A stretch of 32,000 nucleotides of DNA from Hansschlegelia plantiphila (GTDB taxonomy: Bacteria > Pseudomonadota > Alphaproteobacteria > Rhizobiales > Methylopilaceae), in NCBI RefSeq assembly GCF_027922265.1, contig NZ_BSFI01000007.1:290979-322978 (forward strand), in the 5' to 3' direction. Positions 1 through 8,922 of this stretch are shown one piece after another. A model generated the notes under the pieces. That model was given only the letters and a program-made list of their open reading frames with translations. It searched no databases and had not been told where the DNA came from. Both the position numbers and the translations under genes were made by a program. Each line of letters opens with the position of its first letter. Position 1 is the stretch's first letter.

Positions 1-1
1 G

Positions 2-82
2 GGCGCGACCTACACGGCCGTGCAGTTCGCGACGCTTGAGAACCATGCGACGATCACGGCGGCGGACTTTACCGTGGTGTGA
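2..82 (+). CDS. 3' end (26 codons + stop) of an upstream RTX-type calcium-binding protein; paralogue of the next gene; 5' part lies outside the window
   Basis: Frame from nt 2 reads GATYTAVQFATLENHATITAADFTVV*. This is nearly identical to the C-terminus of the 316..3129 product (GATYAAVRFATLENHAAISAADFTVV*). Confidence 0.7.
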   Translation, partial: GATYTAVQFATLENHATITAADFTVV

Positions 83-315
83 TCGTCCTCAACGGTCCGG
101 GACGCCGAGCGGCGACCCAAGGATCTCGACGCAGGCGCGCCCGAGACGGCGCCGGAGCTCGGGACGCCGTCGCACGCATGGTCACGCATATCACTTCGGC
201 CCGGCTCCGCGTTCCCGCGGGCCCGCAGGTTTAACTGGCGCGTCGACGCACTCTCGCTCAGACTGCATGGAAACGCTCGGCTGGACCGAGCCACAACCGT
301 CCGGGGGGAACGGAC

Positions 316-3129
316 ATGACGGTCACGATCAGCTACTCGTTGCAGACCATCGGTTCGTTCGCCTATGAGTTGAACGCCCCCCAGGATACGCGACCGGACG
401 TGTGCGGGCTCACCGACGGCGCGTTCGCCGTCGCGACGGATGACGGGACCAACGTCAGGATCAAGCTGTTCAACTCCAGCGGGAGCTTGCCGAACTCCTT
501 TGGGATCGGTCCCTGCACGGAGGCGTCGCTCGCCAATGGGGGCGACGATCGTTTCATTGGCTCCGCGACCGGGGCCGACGGCTACATCACACTGTTCTCG
601 GGGACCTCCAACAGTTTCGGAGGCGGACAACGGGCGACCTCCACCAGTCTGGCCGGAACGTCGTCGCATTCCGACATCTCGGCGCAGCAGTACGTCGGAA
701 CGGTCGCGGTCGCCTGGCAGCAGGACTACTCCGCGACCGACCACGACATCTGGCTCAGCATCCACAAGAGCAGCGATCTCAGCGAGGTCAAGAGCTTCGC
801 GATCGACCAATCGGCGGCGGACGACGAGAACGCCAGCGTCGCCGTCCTGAGCGACGGCGGAATCGTGGTGGCCTGGGACCGCACCGACGCCGGCGGGCGC
901 AGCGCGATCTGGTACGCGACCTACAACGCCGACGGCTCGGTGCGGACCGCCGCGGCCGCCTATGACGACGTCGGCGACGTCAACCGCCATCCAAGCGTCG
1001 CGGCCGCCCGCGGCGGCGGCTTCACGATCAGCTACGAGGACAACGAATCCGGCGCGACGGAGGTCGCGGTCTTCGCCCGTTCGCCGGACGGCCGCACTCA
1101 GAGCTACGTGCAGGTGACGCATGGCGGCGGAGAGATCGGCGACACCGCGACGGCGGCGATCGGCCTATTTGGCGGCGTCTACGCGACGGCCTTCACGCAG
1201 AACCTGTACGACGGCGGCGAGCTGCGCGATCAGGACATCTACGTGACGCTCACCGATCCGGCGACCGGCCGGCCGCTGACCGGCGCCCCGATCCTGATCG
1301 ACGGCTCCGTCGACGTGACCCACTCGGCGACGATCGCCGCGATCCCGGGAGGACCGTTAGGCGGGCCGCGCGGAGAGTTCGTCGTCAGCTACCAGGACGA
1401 CGACGCCGGCGAGATCCACAATCGGATGATGCAGATCGTCGAGACGATCACGGGCGACAGCGCCGCCAACTTCATCCAGGGCGTGACCGGCGGCGCGATG
1501 AAGGTCAACGCCGGGAAGGGCGCCGACGTGATCAACGACAGCCCGAGCGGTGACAGCCTGTCGGGCGGCGCCGGCGACGATCGGTTCATCGACGGGCTCG
1601 GCGACGACCGCTTCGACGGCGGCGCCGACACGGACACCGTCGAGATTGTCTTCGGGAGCCCTACGACCGTCGATCTGCGCCTGACCTCGGCGCAGAACAC
1701 GGGCGTCGGCCGGGACACCTTCATCAGCATCGAGAACCTCACCGGCTCGAGCACCGTCAGCGACACCTTCACCGGCAACGACGCCGACAACGTGCTCAAC
1801 GGCGGCGGCAGGCCGCCCGGGCCCGCGGGGCATGACGTGTTCGCCGGCGGCGGCGGCGACGACACCTACATCATCGGGCAGAGCACCGACGTCGTGACGG
1901 AGGCGGCGAACGCCGGCACGGACACGGTCAAGTGCGACGACAGCTACACGCTGCCGGACAATGTCGAGAACCTGATTCTGCTGAACGACGCCTATGACGG
2001 CAGCACGGCGACCGGCAACGCGCTCGCGAACCAGATCACCGGCAACGTCTTCGCGAACGTCATCGACGGCAAGGCCGGCGCGGACACCATGGCGGGCGGC
2101 GGCGGGGCCGACACCTACACGGTGGACAACGCCGGCGACAAGGTCGTGGAGGCGAACGTCGCAGGCCCGGACCTGGTGAACTCGTCGGTGACCTTCGCGC
2201 TGGCCGGCCAGTACGTCGAGGACCTGACCCTGACCGGCTCCGGGAACATCAACGGGACCGGCAACTCGCTCAAGAACCACATCATCGGCAATAGCGGGAA
2301 TAACGTCATCGACGGCGGGACCGACGCCGACACGATGGACGGCGGCGCAGGCAACGACACCTATTACGTCCAGAACGCCGGCGACCAGGTGATAGAAGCC
2401 AACGTGACGGGCCACGACCTGGTGAAGTCGTCCGTGACGTTCTCGCTCGCGGGCCAATACGCCGAGGATCTGACCCTGACCGGGTCGGCGAAGATCAACG
2501 GCACAGGCAATTCGCTCGACAACACGCTGACCGGCAACGCCGCCGTGAACACTTTGACGGGGGCCAAGGGCGACGACGACTACTACGTCCAGAACTCCGG
2601 CGACAAGGCGATGGAGCTCGACGGGCAGGGCGACGACCGGGTGCTGAGCTCGGTGAGCTACTCGCTGGCGGGGCAGTTCATCGAGCGGCTGCGGCTGACA
2701 GGCGACGGCGACGTCAACGGGACCGGCAACTCGCTGGCGAACACGATAGCCGGCAACACCGGCGACAACGTCCTCGACGGCGGCAAGGGAACGGACCGGA
2801 TCGCGGGCGGGGCGGGGCGCGACACCTTCGTGTTCGCCAACGCGCTGGGCGCGAGCAATGTCGACGTGATCACCGACTTCAAGGCGGCGGACGACACGAT
2901 CCGGCTGGAGAACGGGGTTTTTACGGGGCTGTCGACGGGCGCGCTGGCGTCGTCGGCGTTCTACGCCGGGACCGCCGCGCACGATTCATCCGACCGCATC
3001 ATCTACGACGCCTCGACCGGCGCGCTGCTGTTCGACCGCGACGGAACCGGCGCGACCTATGCGGCGGTGCGGTTCGCGACGCTCGAGAACCACGCCGCGA
3101 TCTCGGCGGCGGATTTCACGGTGGTCTGA
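316..3129 (+). CDS. Large secreted RTX-type (hemolysin-type calcium-binding repeat) protein. It has an N-terminal six-fold repeat region, C-terminal GGxGxD nonapeptide modules, and probably a type I secretion C-terminal domain.
   Basis: ATG at 316 preceded by a G-rich RBS-like stretch, with high GC3. Repeated GGAGDDRF / GGGGDDTY / GGAGNDTYY / GGAGRDTFVF motifs. Roughly 80-aa modules ending in ...SYSLAGQ.IE.L.LTG.G..NGTGN. No N-terminal signal peptide, and an acidic D-rich C-terminus typical of T1SS substrates. Confidence 0.85.
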   Translation: MTVTISYSLQTIGSFAYELNAPQDTRPDVCGLTDGAFAVATDDGTNVRIKLFNSSGSLPNSFGIGPCTEASLANGGDDRFIGSATGADGYITLFSGTSNSFGGGQRATSTSLAGTSSHSDISAQQYVGTVAVAWQQDYSATDHDIWLSIHKSSDLSEVKSFAIDQSAADDENASVAVLSDGGIVVAWDRTDAGGRSAIWYATYNADGSVRTAAAAYDDVGDVNRHPSVAAARGGGFTISYEDNESGATEVAVFARSPDGRTQSYVQVTHGGGEIGDTATAAIGLFGGVYATAFTQNLYDGGELRDQDIYVTLTDPATGRPLTGAPILIDGSVDVTHSATIAAIPGGPLGGPRGEFVVSYQDDDAGEIHNRMMQIVETITGDSAANFIQGVTGGAMKVNAGKGADVINDSPSGDSLSGGAGDDRFIDGLGDDRFDGGADTDTVEIVFGSPTTVDLRLTSAQNTGVGRDTFISIENLTGSSTVSDTFTGNDADNVLNGGGRPPGPAGHDVFAGGGGDDTYIIGQSTDVVTEAANAGTDTVKCDDSYTLPDNVENLILLNDAYDGSTATGNALANQITGNVFANVIDGKAGADTMAGGGGADTYTVDNAGDKVVEANVAGPDLVNSSVTFALAGQYVEDLTLTGSGNINGTGNSLKNHIIGNSGNNVIDGGTDADTMDGGAGNDTYYVQNAGDQVIEANVTGHDLVKSSVTFSLAGQYAEDLTLTGSAKINGTGNSLDNTLTGNAAVNTLTGAKGDDDYYVQNSGDKAMELDGQGDDRVLSSVSYSLAGQFIERLRLTGDGDVNGTGNSLANTIAGNTGDNVLDGGKGTDRIAGGAGRDTFVFANALGASNVDVITDFKAADDTIRLENGVFTGLSTGALASSAFYAGTAAHDSSDRIIYDASTGALLFDRDGTGATYAAVRFATLENHAAISAADFTVV
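1774..2830 (+). repeat. Intragenic tandem repeat: four to five roughly 73-82-codon RTX modules with unit starts at 1774, 2014, 2260, 2506 and 2725
   Basis: Each unit starts with in-frame G-N-(S/A/D)-L/A-x-N. Periods are 240, 246, 246 and 219 nt. Units align at protein level, e.g. VVEANVAGPDLVNSSVTFALAGQYVEDLTLTGSGNINGTGNSL against VIEANVTGHDLVKSSVTFSLAGQYAEDLTLTGSAKINGTGNSL. Confidence 0.8.
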
Positions 3130-3467
3130 AGTCTTCGGCCCACCCGCTCGCGATGGAAAGGCGGCGCGGCCTGAAGTCTGACGGACGAGCGAGTTGCAGG
3201 CGTGACCTCGTCAATTGATTTCTCGCGGACCAGGACGCAAGCAGGCCATCGGGCCGGTCGCCGGCGCTCGCGGGCTCCGCGCCGCCGGCCATGTGATATC
3301 CGTCGATACTGCCGGTGCGAGCGACGAAAACTGTGCCTTCACAGCAATGATCAAATGATAACTATAGAGATTTGCAGTAATTAAACGTCATAATCTTCGG
3401 CGTCTATGGACTCTCGCGGGAGAGCCGACGTTTCATGTCCGCCGAATCGTTTCGGGGGATCGCCTTC

Positions 3468-4358
3468 ATGGGGAAGTTTCTACGCGTCCGGTTGCTGTCG
3501 ACGACGGCGATCGGCCTGGCCTGCGCCGTTTGGTCGGCGGAGCCGGCCTTCGCCGCCGATCTCGCAATCGTCGAGCCGGCGCTGAAGCCCGCGGTTGACG
3601 CCGTCAACGGCAAGCTCGAGGGCTTCGGCGGCTGGGCCGACGGCAGGTTCGGCCGCAAGGGCGACTTTTCCGGCGGCGGCCTCGGCTCCGTCACCTTCCC
3701 GCTCGGACCCACGCTCGGCGCGCAGTTCGACGGCCTGGCGGCGATCCAGGACGGCGACTTCGTCGGCGGCGGCGCGGCCCATCTCTTCACCCGCGACCCC
3801 GACCGCTATCTGCTCGGCGTCTATGGCTCTGCGGTGGGCTTCGAGAACCGCGCCGGCGCGTGGAACGGCAAGATCGGCGTCGAGGGCGAGGCCTATTTCG
3901 ACCGCCTGACGATTTCCGGCGTAGCCGGCTACGAGCATGTCTGGGGCGGCTCGAATTCGTTCGAGCGGATCCGGCGCGGCGGCTCGTTCTTCGACTATGT
4001 CGACGTCAGCTACTACCTGACCGACGACTGGAAGGTCTCGGTCGGCCACCGCTACACCGGCCGCAGGAACGCCGCGGCCTTCGGGACGGAGTTCCGCCTG
4101 CCGTTCCAGGGCCTCGACGTCTCCGCCTTCGCGGAAGGTCGCGTCGGCGAGCACGACTACAAGGCGGTGTGGGCCGGCCTGAAGTTCTACTTCGGCTCGA
4201 CGCCGAAGTCGCTGATCGCCCGCCACCGCGAGTCGGACCCGTCCAACTGGCTCAAGGACGACCTGTTCTCGGTCTCGAGCCGGCGCAAGGCGGGCGGGAC
4301 CGTCCCGCCGCCGCCTCCGCCGCCCTGCGGTTGCGGCGGCCCCTGCGGCTATGACTGA
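3468..4358 (+). CDS. Putative outer-membrane beta-barrel (porin-family-like) protein with signal peptide and an unusual C-terminal extension ending PPPPPPPCGCGGPCGYD
   Basis: MGKFLRVRLLSTTAIGLACAVWSAEPAFA|ADL looks like a Sec signal with an AxA site. Alternating amphipathic strands rich in G/Y/F (GVYGSAVGF, KIGVEGEAYF, ISGVAGYEHV, WKVSVGHRYTG, VWAGLKFYFG). An AT-rich region lies upstream. The upstream ATG at 3435 is an alternative start. Confidence 0.6.
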   Translation: MGKFLRVRLLSTTAIGLACAVWSAEPAFAADLAIVEPALKPAVDAVNGKLEGFGGWADGRFGRKGDFSGGGLGSVTFPLGPTLGAQFDGLAAIQDGDFVGGGAAHLFTRDPDRYLLGVYGSAVGFENRAGAWNGKIGVEGEAYFDRLTISGVAGYEHVWGGSNSFERIRRGGSFFDYVDVSYYLTDDWKVSVGHRYTGRRNAAAFGTEFRLPFQGLDVSAFAEGRVGEHDYKAVWAGLKFYFGSTPKSLIARHRESDPSNWLKDDLFSVSSRRKAGGTVPPPPPPPCGCGGPCGYD

Positions 4359-4364
4359 TCGCTG

Positions 4365-5549
4365 ATGCGGCGTGCGCTTCTCGCCTGGGAGGGCGGCGCC
4401 GGCCGGGGACATGTCACGACGCTCCGGACGGTCGCCGAAGCCCTCGGCGACCGTTTCGTCTTCGACGCCGCGCTGTGCCGGATGGAGTATGCGGCGGAGC
4501 TCGAAGCCTCGTGCGAGGCGGTCTATCCGGCCGCCTATCTCTACTACCGCGAAGAGCAGCGCCGTCTTCGCGGCGGCGCGAAGGCCGCGACCTGGGGCGA
4601 ATTCCTCGGCGACGTCGGCTTCCGGGACGAGGCCTTCCTGAAGCGGCAGATCGCGTGGTGGCAGGAGGTCATCCGCGTCCGCGGGATCTCGCTCGTCGTC
4701 GGCGACTTCGCGCCCTGCGCGCTGATGGCGGCCCGAGGCCTCGGCGTGCCGGCGGTCGCGATCGGCGTCGGCTACAGCTGCCCGCCGCCGGAGATGGCGG
4801 AGTTCCCGGTGTTCCTGCCGAACCACGCCACGCTGATCTACGACGAGGCCGAGACGGTCGCGATCGTGAACCGCGCCGCGACCCCGCTCGGCGTGCCGGA
4901 GATCGACCGGCTGCCGGCGGTCTACGCCTGCGACGACCAGCTCGCCCGCACTCTGCCGATGCTCGACCCCTATGACGGTCGCCGGACGCGCGAGCTGCTG
5001 CCGCCGGTCGCCGATCTGCCGGCGCGGATCTCCGCGGGACACGGCGATGAGATCTTCGTCTATTTCTCGACGTCCGAACGCGACAGTCCGGCGCTGATGG
5101 AGGCGGTCGAAGATCTCGGCGCGCCGACGCGCATGTTCATGCCGGGCGTCTCCGACGAACTCGCCGCCCGCTTCACGGCGAAGGGCGTGATGCTCGAGCG
5201 CGCGCCGGTCCCTGTCGACGAGATCGCCCGCCGCACCCGGCTGATGCTGAACGCCTCGCAGCACGGCATCCTGTGCCTTGGCCTCGGGGCAGGCCTGCCC
5301 CAGGTCAGCGTTCCCCAGCACCTCGAGCAGCTGTTCCACGCCCGTCGCGCGGAGGCGGCCGGCGCGCTGCGCGTCGCGACCCGCGAGGAGCGCGGCGACG
5401 TCGGGGCGTTCCGCGCGGCGGTGCGCGCAGCGCTCGACGATGAGGCCATGGCCGCCCGCGCCCGGACGCTCGCCGAAGAGCTCCGCCCGCTGCTGATCCG
5501 CGACGCACGCGCGCTGATCCGTGAGCGGATTCTGGCGGTGACGGGGTGA
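4365..5549 (+). CDS. GT1/GT28-like (UDP-glycosyltransferase / MGT-like) glycosyltransferase, probably co-transcribed with the OMP gene
   Basis: Starts 7 nt after the OMP stop. N-terminal GGAGRGHV..L..VAEAL resembles the GT-B N-domain glycine loop. C-terminal NASQHGILCLGLGAGLPQVSVPQHLEQLFHARRAEAAGA resembles the HGG.GT...L..G.P....P...DQ..NA nucleotide-sugar motif. Confidence 0.5.
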   Translation: MRRALLAWEGGAGRGHVTTLRTVAEALGDRFVFDAALCRMEYAAELEASCEAVYPAAYLYYREEQRRLRGGAKAATWGEFLGDVGFRDEAFLKRQIAWWQEVIRVRGISLVVGDFAPCALMAARGLGVPAVAIGVGYSCPPPEMAEFPVFLPNHATLIYDEAETVAIVNRAATPLGVPEIDRLPAVYACDDQLARTLPMLDPYDGRRTRELLPPVADLPARISAGHGDEIFVYFSTSERDSPALMEAVEDLGAPTRMFMPGVSDELAARFTAKGVMLERAPVPVDEIARRTRLMLNASQHGILCLGLGAGLPQVSVPQHLEQLFHARRAEAAGALRVATREERGDVGAFRAAVRAALDDEAMAARARTLAEELRPLLIRDARALIRERILAVTG

Positions 5550-5581
5550 GAGGGACCGTCTCCGAGGGTCGGTCGCCGCGG

Positions 5582-6877
5582 CTACGCTCTTGCGGCTTCC
5601 AACTCCTCCCGCGCGGCCTGCCTGCCGCGGCCGAACAGGAACACCGTCGCGACCAGCCCGCAGAGCGCGGCGAAGGACATCCAGAGTCCGGGCGCCGCCT
5701 TGTCGCCGGTGAGCTGGATCAGCCAGGTCGAGATCGCGAGCGAGAAGCCGCCGAGCGTGGTCGCGAGGCTGTAGGCGAGCGAGAAGCCGGACGCCCGGAT
5801 CTCCGCCGGCACGACTTCGGTGAGCGCGACCACCATCGCGCCGTTGTATCCGCCATAGAGCAGCGACAGCCATAGCTCCACGCCCAGCAGCTTCACGAAG
5901 CTCGGGTCGGACGCCAGCCACCGCAGCGACGGGTAGGCGGTGAGCAAAGTGAGGACCGTGAAGGCGATCAGGATCGGCTTGCGGCCGATGCGGTCGGAGA
6001 TCGCGCCCCAGACGGGGAGCCAGATGAAGTTCGAGATCCCGACGCAGATCGTGACGACCAGCACCAGGCTGCGGTCGAGCTTCAGCTCGTGCTCGCCGAA
6101 GGTCGGCGTGTAGGCGGTGATCAGGTAGAACGAGACGGTGGTCATCATCACCATCGCCATGCCGCCGAGCACTATCGGCCAGGCCTGCGCGAGCGTGCGG
6201 TAGACCTCGGACGTCGTGGGACGGTGGGTGCGGGCCGCGAACTCCTCCGTCTCCGCCAGCGAGCGGCGGATCACGAACAGGAACGGCACGATCGCGCAGC
6301 CGATGAAGAACGGCGCGCGCCAGCCCCAGGCGGCGAGCTGATCCGGCGCCATCATATGGCCGAGCGCAAGCCCGAGAGCAGCGGCCGCCACGGTCGCGAC
6401 CTGCTGGCTCGCCGACTGCCAGGCGACATAGAATCCCTTGTTTCCAGGCGTCGCCATCTCCGCGAGATAGACCGAGACTCCGCCGAGCTCGACGCCCGCG
6501 GAAAAGCCTTGCAGGAGGCGCCCGAGCAGCACGAGCAGCGGCGCCGCGAGCCCGATCGTGGCGTAGGCCGGCACGAAGGCGATGAGCACTGTGCCGGCGG
6601 CCATGATCGTCAACGTCAGGATCAGCCCCTTACGGCGGCCGATGCGGTCGACATAGGCGCCGAGCACGACCGCGCCGAGCGGGCGCATCAGGAAGCCCGC
6701 CCCGAAGATCACCAGGGTGAGCATCAGCGAGGCGAACTCGCTGTCCGCGGGGAAGAACGCGCCGGCGATGTATTTGGCGTAGAAGCCGTAGAGGAAGAAG
6801 TCGAACATCTCGAGGAAGTTGCCGCTCGTGACCCTGAGCACGGTCGCGATCTTCGACTGGTCCGGGCGGTTCGCCAT
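5582..6877 (-). CDS. MFS transporter, metabolite:H+ symporter (MHS) family; citrate/tricarboxylate-proton symporter-like
   Basis: N-terminus [43 protein letters not shown] resembles the CitA/CitH-type motif ([22 protein letters not shown]). Twelve hydrophobic segments and an RIGRRKG loop between TM2 and TM3. I chose the ATG at 6877; the track ORF extends to 7195 through a repeat element and non-coding DNA. Confidence 0.85.
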   Translation of the reverse strand: MANRPDQSKIATVLRVTSGNFLEMFDFFLYGFYAKYIAGAFFPADSEFASLMLTLVIFGAGFLMRPLGAVVLGAYVDRIGRRKGLILTLTIMAAGTVLIAFVPAYATIGLAAPLLVLLGRLLQGFSAGVELGGVSVYLAEMATPGNKGFYVAWQSASQQVATVAAAALGLALGHMMAPDQLAAWGWRAPFFIGCAIVPFLFVIRRSLAETEEFAARTHRPTTSEVYRTLAQAWPIVLGGMAMVMMTTVSFYLITAYTPTFGEHELKLDRSLVLVVTICVGISNFIWLPVWGAISDRIGRKPILIAFTVLTLLTAYPSLRWLASDPSFVKLLGVELWLSLLYGGYNGAMVVALTEVVPAEIRASGFSLAYSLATTLGGFSLAISTWLIQLTGDKAAPGLWMSFAALCGLVATVFLFGRGRQAAREELEAARA

Positions 6878-6979
6878 GGCGCGTTTTCCCCTCGCTGTCC
6901 GGGGACGGGAGATAGAGCGCGGGACGGGAGAGGCGACCATTGTCCCCAAGTCGCTCCCCGAGGATCCTAAAGCGCCGCC

Positions 6980-7058
6980 GTCCTCCGGCTTGACCGGAGG
7001 ACCCTCTCGGACGTCGAGTTCCGCGGCGGACATGGGTGGTCCGGTCAAGCCGGACCAC
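6980..7058. repeat. Composite palindromic intergenic repeat, family B, copy 1: hairpin gtcctccgg-cttga-ccggaggac, a roughly 33-nt core, then hairpin gtggtccgg-tcaag-ccggaccac
   Basis: Two perfect 9-bp-stem hairpins flank the core cctctcggacgtcgagttccgcggcggacatgg. The same modules recur at 10747..10890. Confidence 0.8.
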
Positions 7059-7098
7059 GACGGGCGATGACCAAAATTCCTAACTAGGAAAATAGTCA

Positions 7099-7127
7099 TT
7101 GACAGCGTGACGCTGTTCGGGTAGGGT
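7099..7127 (+). promoter_or_regulatory. Candidate sigma70-type promoter for the GTA cluster: -35 TTGACA (7099-7104), 17-nt spacer, -10 TAGGGT (7122-7127). The inverted repeat TTCCTA-AC-TAGGAA (7077-7090) lies just upstream.
   Basis: Motifs read directly in the only AT-richer stretch between the MFS gene and g1. About 40 nt upstream of the g1 ATG. No experimental support. Confidence 0.35.
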
Positions 7128-7166
7128 CCGGGCATGCTCCCAGATTGCGTCCGACACGAGGGCGGC

Positions 7167-7646
7167 ATGACCACGGATCCGAAGACCCGCCGCAAGCCGA
7201 TCGGCGAGGCGGCGCGCGAGCTCGCCCGCCGGCTCTACGAGACCTCGCTCACGCCCCAGACCGAGATCGCCGCGCGCGTCGGCGTCAGCCCGCAATCGCT
7301 CTGCCGGCTCGCGAAGAAGCACAGCTGGGAGCGCTGCTCCGGCGCGGGACGGGCGGAGACGGTGCGGCGCATAAGGGCGCGGGTCGACCAGCACATCGAA
7401 CGCGTCGAGGCCGTGCTGACCGAGACCGGCTCCGAGACCGCGGGACCGGCGATCGACGCCGCCGAGCGCGCCGCGCGGACGCTGGCGAGCCTGGTGCGGA
7501 CCCTGCGCGAACTTCAGAAATACGACGCCGACCAGGCGCGCGGGGCGACGGAGGCGGATGACGCGGATGGCGCTCCCGCCGATCTTGACGCCCTCCGCGA
7601 CGCGCTTGCGGACCGGCTTGCTCGCATCCAGGCGGCCGGGGAGTGA
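7167..7646 (+). CDS. GTA g1-like protein: putative small terminase / HTH DNA-binding protein
   Basis: Located immediately upstream of the large terminase. HTH-like segment [27 protein letters not shown] followed by a predicted helical, acidic C-terminus. ATG at 7167 has GAGGG 5-9 nt upstream; the ATG at 7134 is an alternative start. Confidence 0.5.
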   Translation: MTTDPKTRRKPIGEAARELARRLYETSLTPQTEIAARVGVSPQSLCRLAKKHSWERCSGAGRAETVRRIRARVDQHIERVEAVLTETGSETAGPAIDAAERAARTLASLVRTLRELQKYDADQARGATEADDADGAPADLDALRDALADRLARIQAAGE

Positions 7647-8916
7647 CCAGTTCTTCGCGACTCTGTCGCGGATGGAGGTCGAATTCGTCGCGACCGACTG
7701 GACGGCGTGGTCTCGGCCCGACCAGCTGCCGCCGGAGGGCGACTGGACGACATGGCTCGTGCTCGGCGGCCGCGGGGCGGGCAAGACCCGCGCCGGCGCC
7801 GAATGGGTGCGCGGCATGGCGCTCGGCCTCAAGGGTTTTTGCGAGCGGCCGGCGGGGCGCATCGCGCTCGTCGCCGAGACCTATTCGGACCTGCGCGAGG
7901 TGATGATCGACGGCGTCTCCGGCCTGCTCGCCGTGCATCCGCGCTGGGACCGCCCGACCTACGAGCCGAGCCGGCGACGCCTGGTCTGGCGGAACGGCGC
8001 GATCGCGCACGGCTTCTCGGCCGAGGACCCGGAATCGCTGCGCGGCCCGCAGTTCGACGCCGCCTGGTGCGACGAGATCGGCAAGTGGAAATCGGCCGAG
8101 GAGACCTGGGACATGCTGCAGTTCGGACTGCGCCTCGGCCGCCTGCCGCGGCAGATCGCGACCACCACGCCGCGCGCCGCGCCGCTGCTGAAGCGCCTGC
8201 TGGCCGACCCCGCGACCGCGGTGACGCGCGCCACGACACGCGCCAACGCCGCGAACCTCGCGCCGGGCTTCCTGCAGGCGGTGGTCGGGACCTACGCCGG
8301 CACCCGGCTCGGCCGGCAGGAGCTCGACGGCGAGATGCTGGAGGACCGCGAGGACGGGTTGTGGACCCGCGCCGCGATCGACGAGGGCCGCGTGGCGGCG
8401 CCGCCGGAGCTTCGCCGCATCGTCGTTGCGGTCGATCCGCCGGCAGGAGGAATAAAATCCGACGCCTGCGGTCTGGTGGCCGTCGGCCTCGGAACCGACG
8501 GCCGGGCCTATGTGCTGGCCGACGAGACGCTGCACGCCACGCGCCCCGAGGTCTGGGCGTCGCGCGCCGCGGCGCTGTGGCGGCGGCTGGAGGCCGACGC
8601 GCTGGTGGCGGAAGTCAACCAGGGCGGCGACATGGTGCGCGCCGTGATCGGGCAGGCCGACCCGGAGATCCCGGTGCTCGCTGTCCGCGCCACCCGCGGC
8701 AAGTGGCTCCGCGCCGAGCCGGTCGCCGCGCTCTATGCGCAGGGGAGGGTCGCCCATGTCGGCGTCCACCGCGCGCTCGAGGACGAGATGATGGCCTTCG
8801 GCCTCGACGGCCTCGCAGACGGCCGCTCCCCCGACCGCGTCGACGCGCTGGTCTGGGCGGTGACGCACCTGATGCTCGGCTCGAAGGGCAGGGGGCCGCG
8901 GGTGCTGGGACTTTGA
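7558..8916 (+). CDS. GTA g2: terminase large subunit
   Basis: Walker A LVLGGRGAGKTRAGAEW preceded by DW..WSRPDQLPPEGDW. Further motifs WCDEIGKW and VAVDPP...DACGLV, the latter nuclease-domain-like. Start is uncertain (ATG 7558/7567 overlapping g1, or ATG 7672). The conserved-looking ATLSRME segment lies upstream of 7672, which favours an upstream start. Confidence 0.9.
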   Translation: MTRMALPPILTPSATRLRTGLLASRRPGSDQFFATLSRMEVEFVATDWTAWSRPDQLPPEGDWTTWLVLGGRGAGKTRAGAEWVRGMALGLKGFCERPAGRIALVAETYSDLREVMIDGVSGLLAVHPRWDRPTYEPSRRRLVWRNGAIAHGFSAEDPESLRGPQFDAAWCDEIGKWKSAEETWDMLQFGLRLGRLPRQIATTTPRAAPLLKRLLADPATAVTRATTRANAANLAPGFLQAVVGTYAGTRLGRQELDGEMLEDREDGLWTRAAIDEGRVAAPPELRRIVVAVDPPAGGIKSDACGLVAVGLGTDGRAYVLADETLHATRPEVWASRAAALWRRLEADALVAEVNQGGDMVRAVIGQADPEIPVLAVRATRGKWLRAEPVAALYAQGRVAHVGVHRALEDEMMAFGLDGLADGRSPDRVDALVWAVTHLMLGSKGRGPRVLGL

Positions 8917-8922
8917 GAACGG

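Noticed and set aside
10-2982. Minus-strand ORFs 10..1122 (370 aa) and 1357..2982 (541 aa) opposite the RTX genes
   Set aside because: The + strand encodes unmistakable GGxGxD RTX repeats and a conserved C-terminal domain that is duplicated at 2..82. The antisense translations are R/V/A/G-rich mirror images of those repeats.
3330-3400. Promoter or CtrA-box motifs in the AT-rich region upstream of the OMP gene
   Set aside because: TTGCAG and CATAAT hexamers are only 11 nt apart, and no TTAA-N7-TTAA site is present. A promoter probably lies here, but I could not place it credibly.
3480-5921. 813-aa minus-strand ORF spanning the OMP and glycosyltransferase genes and the 3' end of the MFS gene
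   Set aside because: It crosses three independently supported genes, including one on its own strand in another frame. Its composition is R/A/G/P-rich. It is a high-GC antisense artefact.
6878-7195. 106-codon N-terminal extension of the MFS ORF; similar extensions at 11480 (capsid), 22271 (DUF2793 gene), 26384 (kinase) and 24423 (holin-like)
   Set aside because: The extensions run through repeat elements, intergenic DNA or the preceding gene in another frame. Internal starts with an RBS and family-typical N-termini exist (6877, 11630, 22391, 26855, 24630).
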